Source: Oscillospiraceae bacterium (lineage in GTDB: Bacteria; Bacillota; Clostridia; Oscillospirales; Ruminococcaceae). From it: a stretch of 64,000 bases of DNA. The notes beneath the pieces were generated by a model. The model was not told the DNA's origin. It saw only the letters and a list, made by a program, of their open reading frames with translations, and did no database searches. Positions 48,460 to 58,302 of the stretch are shown in pieces. A program made the translations under genes and the position numbers. Position 1 is the stretch's first letter. Each line of letters begins with the position of its first letter. The stretch covers positions 266,657 to 330,656 of the forward strand of contig JAJQFI010000024.1 in NCBI GenBank assembly GCA_021201235.1, written 5' to 3'.

Positions 48460-49104
48460 TCAAAATTTTTTTATTTTTTCGGGAAGCTCGGTTATGGCGG
48501 AGATGCTCTCCGTCCCCTCCGGCACGGTTCCGTAGCCATAGGCACTATGGATGAAGTGGGTGCCGGCGGCTTTGGCGGAGTTATAGTCGCCCATCGTGTC
48601 GCCGATGTAGACGCACTCCGAGGGCTCGAGCCCGTTTCTCTTCACTACGAGAGCGATATTGTCGGCTTTTATAAGTCCCGTGTCGCCCCAACACTCCTTG
48701 TCGTCAAACAAATCGCCGAGCTCGTGATACTTCATGAACGCCTCGATGTAGCCCGACTGGCAGTTGGAGACGCAGGCTATGAGAAGCCCCATACTCCTGA
48801 GCTTCTCCAAAGTCTCTCTGAGACCGTCGTAGAGATTGCCGCCGTGGGTCTCAATGTAGGAATTTTCGTAAGCTGTGCAGTAGCGCATGATGCCGACGGC
48901 ACGCTCCGGGTCGATGCAGTCGAAATAGACGTGCGCAATCTCCTCGAGAGTCTTCCCCATCTCGTGCATCATCTCATCCCGGGTGATGCGTCTTGACAAA
49001 TCCAGTCTTGCGAGTGCTATATTAAAGCTTTCGGCGACGCTCGCGGAAGCGTCCCAAAGCGTTCCGTCAAGGTCAAAAAGAACCGCTTTTATCATTTTTA
49101 TCAA
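48460..49104 (-). CDS. HAD-superfamily hydrolase (phosphoglycolate phosphatase-like)
   Basis: Motif I FDLDGTLWD; motif IV GDTMGD. Confidence 0.8.
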   Translation of the reverse strand: MIKMIKAVLFDLDGTLWDASASVAESFNIALARLDLSRRITRDEMMHEMGKTLEEIAHVYFDCIDPERAVGIMRYCTAYENSYIETHGGNLYDGLRETLEKLRSMGLLIACVSNCQSGYIEAFMKYHELGDLFDDKECWGDTGLIKADNIALVVKRNGLEPSECVYIGDTMGDYNSAKAAGTHFIHSAYGYGTVPEGTESISAITELPEKIKKF

Positions 49105-49227
49105 GCCTTTCCGTTTCCTATGCGACCATTATACCACAATTTGCACAAAATTGCAACACGAAAATAGCGTTTCGAGGCTTTCGGCAAGCGCGCATAAATT
49201 CATATGAAATTTTCGCGTCAATACCTC

Positions 49228-49256
49228 TTTACAAATCGGCTTTGTTGTGGTAAAAT
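49228..49256 (+). promoter_or_regulatory. Promoter of tRNA-Leu
   Basis: TTTACA, 17-nt spacer, TAAAAT, with TGg extended -10. Confidence 0.6.
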
Positions 49257-49276
49257 AACTGAGTTGAGATTCATAT

Positions 49277-49363
49277 GCAGGTATGGCGGAATTGGCAGAC
49301 GCGCATGGTTCAGGTCCATGTGAGAGCAATTTCATGCAGGTTCAAGTCCTGTTACCTGCACCA
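49277..49363 (+). tRNA. tRNA-Leu (anticodon CAG), class II with long variable arm, encoded CCA
   Basis: Acceptor stem GCAGGTA/TACCTGC. Anticodon stem CATGG/CCATG with loop TTCAGGT. T-loop GGTTCAAGTCC. 3' ACCA. Confidence 0.9.
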
Positions 49364-49385
49364 ATAGCTCGCGAAGCGAGCTACT

Positions 49386-49418
49386 GAAGAAGCCCCGAAC
49401 GTTGTTCGGGGCTTCTTC
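49386..49418 (+). terminator. Terminator after tRNA-Leu
   Basis: GAAGAAGCCCCGAAC-gtt-GTTCGGGGCTTCTTC. Confidence 0.65.
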
Positions 49419-49460
49419 ACATTTATGGCATCCAAAAGGGTGCTTCTTCGTTTTGCGCCC

Positions 49461-49489
49461 TTGAAATCCCGTGTGAAAACGGCTATAAT
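49461..49489 (+). promoter_or_regulatory. Promoter of the HD-domain / sigma-factor operon
   Basis: TTGAAA, 17-nt spacer, TATAAT. Confidence 0.6.
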
Positions 49490-49518
49490 GAAATCAGACA
49501 GATTTCGGGAGGTGCCAC

Positions 49519-49950
49519 ATGACCAAACTTGAATATTACTTACACGAGCTTGAGCGGGACGGGCGCTTCGGGATGGAAAGAGCCTATCCTCACCACGGGG
49601 ATACCTCCGTCTATGCCCATAGTCTGCACGTCGCAGAAATGAGCCTCAGGCTCTCGGAAATGCTTCCCGGAAGGTTTCACGAGCGAGACCTCATCCGCGG
49701 CGCTCTTCTCCACGATTACTATCTCTACAACTGGCACAACAGCGGCGAAGGTCACCGCCTCCACGGCTTCCGCCACGCCGGAACCGCCCTCAGAAACGCA
49801 AAAGCAGACTACAAGCTGAGCCCGATTGAAGAAAGCATAATCGAGCACCACATGTTCCCGCTGACTCCCCTGCCGCCGGACTGCCGCGAAGCATGGATAG
49901 TCTGCGTGGCGGATAAGATTTGCGCGGTCAGCGAATTAGCGAAGAAGTGA
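49519..49950 (+). CDS. HD-domain phosphohydrolase
   Basis: ..HSLHVAE.. and ..LLHDYYLY.. Confidence 0.75.
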   Translation: MTKLEYYLHELERDGRFGMERAYPHHGDTSVYAHSLHVAEMSLRLSEMLPGRFHERDLIRGALLHDYYLYNWHNSGEGHRLHGFRHAGTALRNAKADYKLSPIEESIIEHHMFPLTPLPPDCREAWIVCVADKICAVSELAKK

Positions 49951-49954
49951 TTTC

Positions 49955-50905
49955 ATGAACAACCTGTTACAACACCTCTGGGAGAGGCATCACGAAAGGC
50001 TTTATGCCGTCGCCTATCGGATTCTTCTGAACCGGCAGGATTCGGAGGATGCGGTTTCGGAGGCGTTTTTAAAGCTCTCCGAGAACATTGACAGATACTC
50101 TGAGCTTGACGAAAACCAGCTTCTTGCACTTCTCACTACAATCACTAAAAACATCGCCCGCGACAAGCTGAAGCTCAAGCGGGAGAACGTCTCATTGGAG
50201 GACTGTGAGCCGAGTGACAGCCAAAACGTTGAGGAATCGGCTCTCTCAAGCGAAAACGTTCGGATAATTAAGCGGGAAATCGAAAATCTCGGCTCCACAT
50301 ACTCGGGTGTCGTCAGTCTCAGGCTGTGTGAAGAAAAGAGCTTTCGTGAGATTTCCCATGACCTTGACATTACGGAAGCCGCCGCAAGAAAGCGGTATCA
50401 AAGAGGGCTTGAGCTTCTGAAAAAGCGGCTTCTCCTTATTTTGCTCATACTGATTTCCTGCATACTTCTTTTGGGCATGATTCACCGACCGATAAGAGAA
50501 GCACTCGGCGAGTGGACCGCCTGCCACCGCACCGACTATACAACCATTTATTTAAGCTCCACCGGCGATTATCCCTCCGAAATCCTTGAAAAGCATGAGC
50601 CGACCTGCGGGGTTGACGGGCATGAAAGAACTGTGACGGTCGACGGCTCCGTCTGGTACGCCGTTACCTACACCCAAGGGGAAAGCAATCTTTACTACAT
50701 GCAATATACCGCCGACACCTTCCGATACACCGACGTCAGCAAGGATTACGCTATTACAGAAACGACGGTAAACGGCTCCGATGCGCTCTGTATGGAGGGC
50801 GACTCCTATGCCGCAGTGATGTGGGCGGATGACGAATACACCTATCTCCTCGAGGGAGATTTTGAAAAAGACGAGATAATTAAAATCGCGGAAAGCGTAA
50901 AATAA
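49955..50905 (+). CDS. ECF-type sigma-70 family factor fused to a TM helix and an extracytoplasmic domain
   Basis: Region 2 (..YAVAYRILLNRQDSEDAVSEAFLKL..). Region 4 HTH (..SFREISHDLDITEAAARKRYQRGLELLKK). TM LLLILLILISCILLLGMI. About 130-aa C-terminal domain. Confidence 0.7.
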   Translation: MNNLLQHLWERHHERLYAVAYRILLNRQDSEDAVSEAFLKLSENIDRYSELDENQLLALLTTITKNIARDKLKLKRENVSLEDCEPSDSQNVEESALSSENVRIIKREIENLGSTYSGVVSLRLCEEKSFREISHDLDITEAAARKRYQRGLELLKKRLLLILLILISCILLLGMIHRPIREALGEWTACHRTDYTTIYLSSTGDYPSEILEKHEPTCGVDGHERTVTVDGSVWYAVTYTQGESNLYYMQYTADTFRYTDVSKDYAITETTVNGSDALCMEGDSYAAVMWADDEYTYLLEGDFEKDEIIKIAESVK

Positions 50906-50965
50906 TTGTCACAAAACGGCTTCCTGAATCGTTTATATATCAGAAACCAGCAGGGAGTGTTCATT

Positions 50966-51475
50966 ATGAAAACGAAAGCATCAAAAATAGCAGTTATAGC
51001 CGTGACAGTGATTTTGATTGTGGCACTGGTAGCGATTGCGGTCTCAATCTTTCAGCAGAATGGCAGTATCGAAAAGCAAATCAGCGCTTTGAAAGAAGCC
51101 CACTGCACAGTCTCTGACGGAATCACAACTTATGAAGCATTCACCGTCAACGACTACGAAATCCGCCTCTATTCCGAGCCGACGATGACCGCCGAGGAGG
51201 CTTTGGAGACCTACCCGAACGCCTATGCCCTCTGTGCAGAAGTCGCCGAAGAAAGAGGAATCGAAGCATCAATCGACAACACCGAATTCCAGACCTTCGC
51301 AAAATCCTTTGCCGCCCAGAACGAGTCCGGGACTGATGAATTGATTCAGGAATGCAAAGCCTTCGCAACGTTCATCGACTACTACGAGAATATCGGGCTG
51401 AACGACACCATCCTACGAGGTGCGATTACGGATGACCCGGATGTGGATATATTCGAGCTGATGCCGGAAAAGTAA
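50966..51475 (+). CDS. N-terminally anchored membrane protein, unknown function
   Basis: Start at MKTKASKIAVIAVTVILIVALVAIAV (SD AGGGAG). Confidence 0.5.
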   Translation: MKTKASKIAVIAVTVILIVALVAIAVSIFQQNGSIEKQISALKEAHCTVSDGITTYEAFTVNDYEIRLYSEPTMTAEEALETYPNAYALCAEVAEERGIEASIDNTEFQTFAKSFAAQNESGTDELIQECKAFATFIDYYENIGLNDTILRGAITDDPDVDIFELMPEK

Positions 51476-51486
51476 ACAGACACAAG

Positions 51487-51516
51487 GAAAAAGCCACCCT
51501 CATCAGGTGGCTTTTT
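51487..51516. terminator. Bidirectional terminator
   Basis: AAAAAGCCACC-ctcatca-GGTGGCTTTTT. Confidence 0.8.
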
Positions 51517-51518
51517 AT

Positions 51519-51806
51519 TTATTCTTTATCCCAATACCTATAAACGCTCGGGCACCGATTCTCTTTGACCGCCGCACGGAGCTCTACAAAGCATCCGCAT
51601 TCGCGGCAGAGACCGTTCTCGAGGCTCGGGCAACGGCAGCAGAGGTCGAGGCGTGTGGCATAAGCCTGCCCGCTCGCACGCTCGTCGTCGGGGATGGCGG
51701 CAATGAGGTCTTCGACCTTCTTATAAAGACCGTCTTTGTCAATCTCGGCAAGCAAACAGCGCTTGCAGATTGGTCTTTCGTTTAAATTCAGCTCTGCTGT
51801 TAGCAC
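51519..51806 (-). CDS. Cysteine-rich small protein (95 aa), unknown function
   Basis: CxxC ... CCRC ... CRECGC ... C pattern. The start overlaps the stop of the GH51 gene. Confidence 0.5.
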   Translation of the reverse strand: MLTAELNLNERPICKRCLLAEIDKDGLYKKVEDLIAAIPDDERASGQAYATRLDLCCRCPSLENGLCRECGCFVELRAAVKENRCPSVYRYWDKE

Positions 51807-53266
51807 AACTCAATCGCCAGAACGGAGCACTTGGGAAGGGTGAACTTGAGGCTCTCGCCGTCAAGCTTCACGTCTGTGAATGCCTTGGGCTCGACAGCGT
51901 CGGGATTATCGAAGGTGTTGCAAGTGTCATAATCTGCTGTAAGAATCTTCGCAGTGGCGGACTTGAAGCCGGTTCTCGGGAGAACACAGTCGATGTCGAA
52001 GTCTTCCTCGAGAGATGCGTTCGAGATTGTCATGTGGAGCTTGCCGTCGGCGTCGACGGAAACGGACTGCGAAACCGCCGGGAGATATCTTCCCTCAAGA
52101 ATCTGCTTGTTCTCGATGTGAGAGTAGACAAGATTAGCTTCCATATGATCTTTATACATATCGAATACATGATAAGTCGGGGTCTTTACCATCTGCTCGC
52201 CTTCTGTGAGGATTACCGACTGCAAAACGTTGACCATCTGGGCGATATTCGCCATCATGACTCTGTCGGAGTGCTCGTTGAAGAGGTTCAGGTTGACGGA
52301 AGCTAAGATTGCGTCTCTCATCGAGTTCTGCTGATAGAGGAAGCCGGGGTTGGTGCCTTCGATGACGTCTGTCCAGACTCCCCACTCGTCGACGACGAGA
52401 CCGACCTTCTTCTCGAGGTCATATCTGTCCATGACTGCGTCGTGCTTCTTGAGAAGCGTCTCCATCTCTCAGGTGTTCGAGATGGTTGTGTAATATTCTT
52501 CCTCGGGGAAGTCGACCGACGAGCCCTTGTTGCTCCAGTCGCCGGTAGGAATGGTATAGAAGTGCATGGAAAGCCCTCTCATGCCTGAGTACTGACAGTT
52601 ACGCATGATTCCATCTGTCCAGTTGTAGTCCATAGCATTCGGACCGCAGGCGATCTTGCCGTTTGAAGGAATGTACTGCTGGAACTGCTTGTAAAGATTG
52701 CTGTAGTGATCAACAGTCATTCCGCCGCCACAGCCCCAGCTCTCGTTTCCGATGCCGATATACTTGACCTTCCAGGGCTCTTCCCTGCCGTTCTTCTTTC
52801 TGAGGTCGGTCATCGGGGAGACGTTCGAGGAGGTCATATATTCAACCCACTCTGCCGCTTCCTGAACGGTTCCGGAGCCGAGGTTTACCGCAACATAAGC
52901 GTCACAGCCGATAAGCTCGCAGAAATCGAGGAATTCGTGGGTGCCGAAGCTGTTATCTTCAGTCACTCCGCCCCAGTGGATATTAACGATTTTGCGTCTC
53001 TCCTCAGGACTACCGATTCCGTCTTTCCAGTGGTATGTGTCGGCGAAGCATCCGCCCGGCCAACGGAGAACCGGAACCTTGATAGCCTTCAAGGCCTCGA
53101 CAATGTCCTTGCGGTAGCCGTTGATGTTCGGAATCGGGCTGTCCTTGCCAACGTAGATTCCGCCATAGATGCACCTTCCGAGATGCTCGGCGAAGTGCCC
53201 GTAGATTTCCTTGTTTATCTTGCTGATTTTGTTTGTCTGGTCGACTGTCATTTTGAGCTGTGACAT
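51800..53266 (-). pseudogene. GH51 alpha-L-arabinofuranosidase interrupted by one in-frame TGA
   Basis: N-terminal part MSQLKMTVDQTNKISKINKEIYGHFAEHLG..VLRWPGGCFADTYHW.. C-terminal part ..GLVVDEWGVW.. Both are in the same frame, reading ..ISNT-TGA(52469-52471)-EMETLLKKH.. Confidence 0.75.
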
Positions 53267-53460
53267 TGAGTTATTCTCCTCGAATTTAATAGTCATATTT
53301 TTCCGCAGGGTTACCCCCGTAACCTCACAACCCCATTTTACACTCATAACAGGGCTCTTGTCAATAGAAATTGATTGATGAATGCTGACGAGTTTGTTGA
53401 TGGATGATAAGATAAAAAATCCGGCAGAGCACAACGCCCTGCCGGTTTTCTTTTGCGTAT

Positions 53461-55071
53461 TTAATTCCTGCTGAACTCTTTAAGTTTAAGCCCCTCGTTC
53501 TTTTCGAGTGCCCAGCGGATGTTCCATTCGCTTGTGAAGAGAAGAAGCGGGTTGCCGTGGAAGTCCTCGACGATTCGGGTGTCGGAGCTCAGGTTAAGCT
53601 TCTTCGGGTCGATGGTGCCGTCCTCCATGTCGATCCACCTGATATACTGGTACGGCAGCGACTCGCTGATGAGCTCGACGCCGTACTCGGTTCTCATTCT
53701 GTGCTCGAAAACGTCGAACTGAAGCATGCCGACAACGCCGACGATGACCTCTTCCATGCCGGTGTCCGGCTCACGGAAAATCTGGACTGCGCCCTCCTGT
53801 GCTATCTGCGTTGCGCCCTTGACGAACTGCTTGCGCTTCATCGTGTCCTTGTGGCGGATTCTGGCGAAGTGCTCCGGCGCGAATGTCGGGATTCCGTCGA
53901 AGCGAAGCTCATGTCCGGGCGAGCAGACGGTGTCGCCAATCGAGAAGATTCCCGGGTCGAAAACGCCGATAATGTCACCGGCATACGCCTCATCGATGAT
54001 TTCACGCTCCTGCGCCATCATCTGCTGAGGCTGGGAAAGACGCATCTTTTTCATCCCACCCTGGACGTGGCAGACCTCCATATTGCGCGTGAACTTGCCG
54101 GAGCAGATTCTCATGAATGTGAGCCTGTCCCTGTGTGTCTTGTTCATGTTCGCCTGAATCTTGAAGACGAACGCCGAGAAATAGTCGTCGGTCGGATTGA
54201 CCGTCCCCTTATCGCTGTTTCGGGGGAGCGGCGGGCTCGTCATCTTGAGGAACCCTTCAAGGAGCGGCTCAACGCCGAAGTTATTGAGTGCCGAGCCGAA
54301 GAAGACGGGCGAAAGCTCGCCTCTTGCAACTCTCTCGGCATCATACTCATCACTTGCGCCGTCAAGGAGCTCGATGTCCTCCATCAGCTGATTATAGTTT
54401 ATCTCGCCGATGACGGACTTGAGATTCGGGTCATCGATGTCGAGTTCACGGGAATCGACTTCGTGCTGACCGCCGTTTGCCGAATAGGTGATTACCTTTT
54501 TGCGTTCACGGTCGTAAATTCCCTTGAAGTCGACGCCGCTTCCTATCGCCCAGTTCATCGGGCAGGTCGAGATGCCGAGCTCGTCCTCTATCTGTGAAAG
54601 CAAATCGAACGAGTTCTTCGCATCGCGGTCAAGCTTGTTTATAAAAGTGAATATCGGGATGTGTCGCATGACGCAGACCTTGAAGAGCTTTCGGGTCTGG
54701 TTCTCAACGCCCTTTGCCGCATCGATGACCATGACAGCCGAGTCGACTGCCATCAGCGTGCGGTAGGTGTCCTCCGAGAAGTCCTGATGTCCCGGGGTAT
54801 CGAGAATATTTATGCAGAAGCCCTCGTACTCGAACTGCATGACAGAGCTCGTGACCGAGATTCCTCTTTGCTTTTCGATTTCCATCCAGTCGGAAACGGC
54901 GTGACGGTCGGTCTTCTTGCCCTTTACCGAGCCGGCAAGGGCGATTGCTCCGCCATAGAGAAGCAGTTTTTCGGTCAGGGTCGTTTTGCCCGCATCCGGG
55001 TGAGATATGATGGCGAAGGTCCTCCGCCGGTTGATTTCTTGTTCAAGTTCAGCCAAAGCCGAATCCCCCAT
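53461..55071 (-). CDS. prfC: Peptide chain release factor 3
   Basis: ..RRTFAIISHPDAGKTTLTEKLLLYGG.., DTPGHQDF, NKLD. Confidence 0.9.
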   Translation of the reverse strand: MGDSALAELEQEINRRRTFAIISHPDAGKTTLTEKLLLYGGAIALAGSVKGKKTDRHAVSDWMEIEKQRGISVTSSVMQFEYEGFCINILDTPGHQDFSEDTYRTLMAVDSAVMVIDAAKGVENQTRKLFKVCVMRHIPIFTFINKLDRDAKNSFDLLSQIEDELGISTCPMNWAIGSGVDFKGIYDRERKKVITYSANGGQHEVDSRELDIDDPNLKSVIGEINYNQLMEDIELLDGASDEYDAERVARGELSPVFFGSALNNFGVEPLLEGFLKMTSPPLPRNSDKGTVNPTDDYFSAFVFKIQANMNKTHRDRLTFMRICSGKFTRNMEVCHVQGGMKKMRLSQPQQMMAQEREIIDEAYAGDIIGVFDPGIFSIGDTVCSPGHELRFDGIPTFAPEHFARIRHKDTMKRKQFVKGATQIAQEGAVQIFREPDTGMEEVIVGVVGMLQFDVFEHRMRTEYGVELISESLPYQYIRWIDMEDGTIDPKKLNLSSDTRIVEDFHGNPLLLFTSEWNIRWALEKNEGLKLKEFSRN

Positions 55072-55397
55072 TCATGATTGCGTTATTTGTCCAGTGATTA
55101 TGATAGCACATCGGGTCAAAGATTGCAAGGATAAATCCGATAAAAACCACATAAAAGCAACGTCGACAATCACTGATGATTGCCGACGCTCTGAAAAATG
55201 TGGGAGGGCTGAAAAGCCGCGAAACTGACGATTTTACGGAAAACATTCATAGCAGGTTTTGTCCAACCAGACGGACTCAAACCTTACTGATTATAATACC
55301 ACATATTAGTCTGAAATGCAAGCGTATTTTTCTTGCTTTTTGCAAAGAAATGTGATAACATGTTTTTATACTGAGATGAAAGGAGCCGTGCCGTCTT

Positions 55398-56795
55398 ATG
55401 CTCTTGAGGAGTTCGAAGAAAGAAACCAACACGGGAAGATACGAACCTCCGGAACGGGCTCGCCCCGCAAAGCCGTTTTCAAGAACCAAGCAGATTATGC
55501 TCGGATTCCTGGTTATAATTTTAATAGGCTCGCTCCTTCTCGAGCTCCCGATTTCGACGAAGGAGGGGCAGACGACCGACTATTCGGGCGCTCTCTTCAC
55601 GTCCGTTTCGGCGACCTGTGTAACGGGGCTCGTCGTCTACGACACCTATACGCACTGGACGATTTTCGGTCAGCTTGTCCTCCTCCTGATGATTCAGATT
55701 GGCGGCTTGGGGCTCATCACGATTACAAGCTTCGCGATGATTATTCTGCGGCGGCGAATCGGGCTTAATTCAAGGGAACTGATTCGTGAAAGCCTCAACA
55801 CTCCCCAGCTCCACGGCAGTGTTCGCCTTGTCCGGACGATTATCCGGGGAACCCTCCTGGTTGAGGGCATCGGCGCCGTACTTCTTTCGATAAGATTCGT
55901 CCCACAGCTCGGCTTCGGGCGGGGCATCTACTACGGAATATTCCACTCAATCTCGGCATTCTGCAACGCCGGCTTTGACCTCATGGGCTATCAGGGCGAG
56001 TTCTCCTCGCTGACAGCATACACGACCGACCCTCTCGTCTCGATTGTCATCATGCTTTTAATACTCATCGGCGGCATCGGTTTCCTCGTCTGGGACGACA
56101 TTCTCGTCAACAAATACCATTTCAGAAGATACAGGCTCCAGACGAAAATCGTCCTTGTGATGACTGCAATACTCGTCTTCGGCGGAGCGCTTCTGTTCTT
56201 TATCTTCGAGAACTCAAATCTTCTCTCAGGCATGAATTTCGGTGGGAAGGTCTTGGCTTCCTTCTTCGCTTCCGTGACGCCGAGAACTGCGGGCTTCAAC
56301 ACCATCAGCCTCTCCGAAATGACGAATGCAAGCAAGCTTCTGACGGTTATCTTCATGTTCATCGGAGGCTGCCCCGGGTCGACCGCAGGCGGCGTGAAGA
56401 CCACGACAATCGCCGTGATATTCCTCTACATAAAGTCCTATCTCCTGCACACCGAGGACTGCGTTGTCTTCAACCGCAGGCTCGACAAGGACGCGATGAA
56501 GCGTGCAAGCGTTATCATATTCATAAACCTGTCTCTGGCGCTCGTGATGTTCTTCGTCATCATGGCAACGCAGGACTTCGACCCCCTCGACGTCATGCTC
56601 GAGGTCTTCTCGGCGACGGGAACGGTCGGGCTCTCTGCGGGGATAACTTCGTCACTTAACACCGTCTCAAGAACGGGAATTATGATATTAATGTACCTCG
56701 GAAGAGTCGGAAGCCTCACGTTTGCGATGTCCTTCACAGAGCGGCACACGACCGGCAACATCCGCTATCCCGAGGAAAGAGTAATTATCGGATAA
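55398..56795 (+). CDS. trkH: TrkH/KtrB-family potassium uptake membrane subunit
   Basis: Polytopic; selectivity-filter-like ..TPRTAGFNT.. and ..ATGTVGLS.. Confidence 0.85.
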   Translation: MLLRSSKKETNTGRYEPPERARPAKPFSRTKQIMLGFLVIILIGSLLLELPISTKEGQTTDYSGALFTSVSATCVTGLVVYDTYTHWTIFGQLVLLLMIQIGGLGLITITSFAMIILRRRIGLNSRELIRESLNTPQLHGSVRLVRTIIRGTLLVEGIGAVLLSIRFVPQLGFGRGIYYGIFHSISAFCNAGFDLMGYQGEFSSLTAYTTDPLVSIVIMLLILIGGIGFLVWDDILVNKYHFRRYRLQTKIVLVMTAILVFGGALLFFIFENSNLLSGMNFGGKVLASFFASVTPRTAGFNTISLSEMTNASKLLTVIFMFIGGCPGSTAGGVKTTTIAVIFLYIKSYLLHTEDCVVFNRRLDKDAMKRASVIIFINLSLALVMFFVIMATQDFDPLDVMLEVFSATGTVGLSAGITSSLNTVSRTGIMILMYLGRVGSLTFAMSFTERHTTGNIRYPEERVIIG

Positions 56796-56813
56796 AAGAA
56801 GGGAGAAACCACC

Positions 56814-57461
56814 ATGAAATCAATTCTTATAATCGGTCTCGGCGACTTCGGGCACTACCTCTGCCGCGAGCTTATGCAGTTCAAGAACGAGATTATGATT
56901 ATCGACTCGGACGAAACGGCTCTCGAGGACCTCACGGGGCTCGTGACGAGCAGTCTTATCGGTGACTGCACCCGCGAAAGCGTGCTCAAGAGCATCGGGG
57001 TTCAGAACTTTGACATCTGCTTTGTCTGCCTGAGCGGCAACTTTCAGGCGAATCTTGAAGTCACAAGCCTGCTCAAGGACCTCGGTGCGAAATACGTCGT
57101 CAGTCAGGTGAGAAGCGAGGTTCACTCGAAGTTCCTCCTCCGGAACGGCGCCGACGAGGTAATCCACCCGAACAAGGTCTCCGCCAAGCGTGCGGCTGTC
57201 AAATACTCAAGCGACAAGGTTTTCGACTATATCGACCTCGGCGACGGTTACTCGATTTACGAGATTACGCCCCTCAAGGAGTGGGTCAATAAGAGTATCC
57301 TCGACTCCAACATCCGTGCCCGCTACGACATGTACATAATTGGCATCGTCTCAAAAGACGACACGTCAAACTATATGCCCTCTCCCCAGACGGTAATCGA
57401 ACCCGACGACCACCTGATGGTTCTGGCACATGAATCGACGATGAAGAAGTTTATGGTGTGA
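56814..57461 (+). CDS. trkA: TrkA/KtrA-family potassium uptake NAD-binding subunit
   Basis: ILIIGLGDFGHYL Rossmann motif and RCK_C domain. The last 9 codons lie inside direct repeat DR-L. Confidence 0.85.
   Translation: MKSILIIGLGDFGHYLCRELMQFKNEIMIIDSDETALEDLTGLVTSSLIGDCTRESVLKSIGVQNFDICFVCLSGNFQANLEVTSLLKDLGAKYVVSQVRSEVHSKFLLRNGADEVIHPNKVSAKRAAVKYSSDKVFDYIDLGDGYSIYEITPLKEWVNKSILDSNIRARYDMYIIGIVSKDDTSNYMPSPQTVIEPDDHLMVLAHESTMKKFMV
57435..57461. repeat. Direct repeat DR-L (27 bp; 3' end of trkA including its stop)
   Basis: tcgacgatgaagaagtttatggtgtga, identical to 59100-59126. Confidence 0.95.
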
Positions 57462-57480
57462 GGGATAGGAGGTAACCCGT

Positions 57481-58302
57481 ATGTTGAAATGCGAACTGTG
57501 TGGAAGTACACTCATAAAGGTTGATGATAACGTCTTCGCCTGCGAAGGTTGCGGGTGCAAATACACAAAAGAGCAAGCCCTGAAACTCCTAGACATCAAG
57601 TCCGAAGCTTCGACACCACCCCCAGTTCCAGCAAGCAATGACTTTGTCATCGTTGCAGGAGTTCTTAAAAAGTATACTGGAAGTGCAATAGACGTAGAAG
57701 TGCCGCAAGATGTTTTGGAACTTGATGCAGGTGTGTTCAGTGGAATGACATCATTGCGAAGTGTTAAACTGCCTGATGGTATTAAGTGTATTCCGTCTTC
57801 GGCGTTTTATGATTGCAAGAGCTTAAAATCAGTCACTCTGCCAGATACCGTGACTTGTCTTTGCTCTACTTGTTTTGCAGGATGCATTTCTCTTGAAAAA
57901 ATATCTTTGCCACAACGACTGAAGGAAATACAGACAGACGCGTTCAGTGGGTGTGAATCGCTGACTGAGTTAATGATTCCCAATTCTGTTGAAAAAATCG
58001 GGGATGTCTACAATAATTCAGGCATTGTATACAAAAGTATTTTTGGTTTTTATATTCCTGCTCATTGCTCAGCTAACTTAACTGTGCGTATGCCAAGCAG
58101 ATTTGACCCTCGTCTTGTTAAGGGATGTAAGCGTCTTTACGATTTGTCAGGAAAAAGGATGGAAACGGCAGAAGAATTCTATAAAAATGAGAGCGAGCGT
58201 AATTACCGTAGAAATAACCACTTATGCTTAGCGTGTGGCGGTGAGATCGGAATCTTTTCTAACAAATGCAAAAGGTGTGGAAAGCCGTTTGGGGAAGTGT
58301 GA
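57481..58302 (+). CDS. Cytoplasmic zinc-ribbon / BspA-type leucine-rich-repeat protein
   Basis: SD AGGAGG. N-terminus CELCGS..CEGCGC. At least four LRR_5-like repeats (..FSGMTSLRSVKLPDGIKCIPSSAFYDCKSLKSVTLPDTVTCLCSTCFAGCISLEKISLPQ..). C-terminus CLACGG..CKRCG. No signal peptide. Confidence 0.7.
   Translation: MLKCELCGSTLIKVDDNVFACEGCGCKYTKEQALKLLDIKSEASTPPPVPASNDFVIVAGVLKKYTGSAIDVEVPQDVLELDAGVFSGMTSLRSVKLPDGIKCIPSSAFYDCKSLKSVTLPDTVTCLCSTCFAGCISLEKISLPQRLKEIQTDAFSGCESLTELMIPNSVEKIGDVYNNSGIVYKSIFGFYIPAHCSANLTVRMPSRFDPRLVKGCKRLYDLSGKRMETAEEFYKNESERNYRRNNHLCLACGGEIGIFSNKCKRCGKPFGEV

Noticed and set aside
52469-52471. TGA reassignment (genetic code 4 or 25) or selenocysteine as an explanation for the in-frame TGA in the GH51 gene
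   Set aside because: TGA terminates several well-supported genes in this same window. No SECIS-like hairpin follows the codon, and GH51 enzymes are not selenoproteins.
55072-55397. Possible c-di-AMP (ydaO) or other riboswitch upstream of trkH/trkA
   Set aside because: The roughly 320-nt prfC-trkH intergenic region is AT-rich. It shows no ACGGGG/AAUC-type conserved blocks, no pseudo-symmetric helices and no terminator before the trkH SD.
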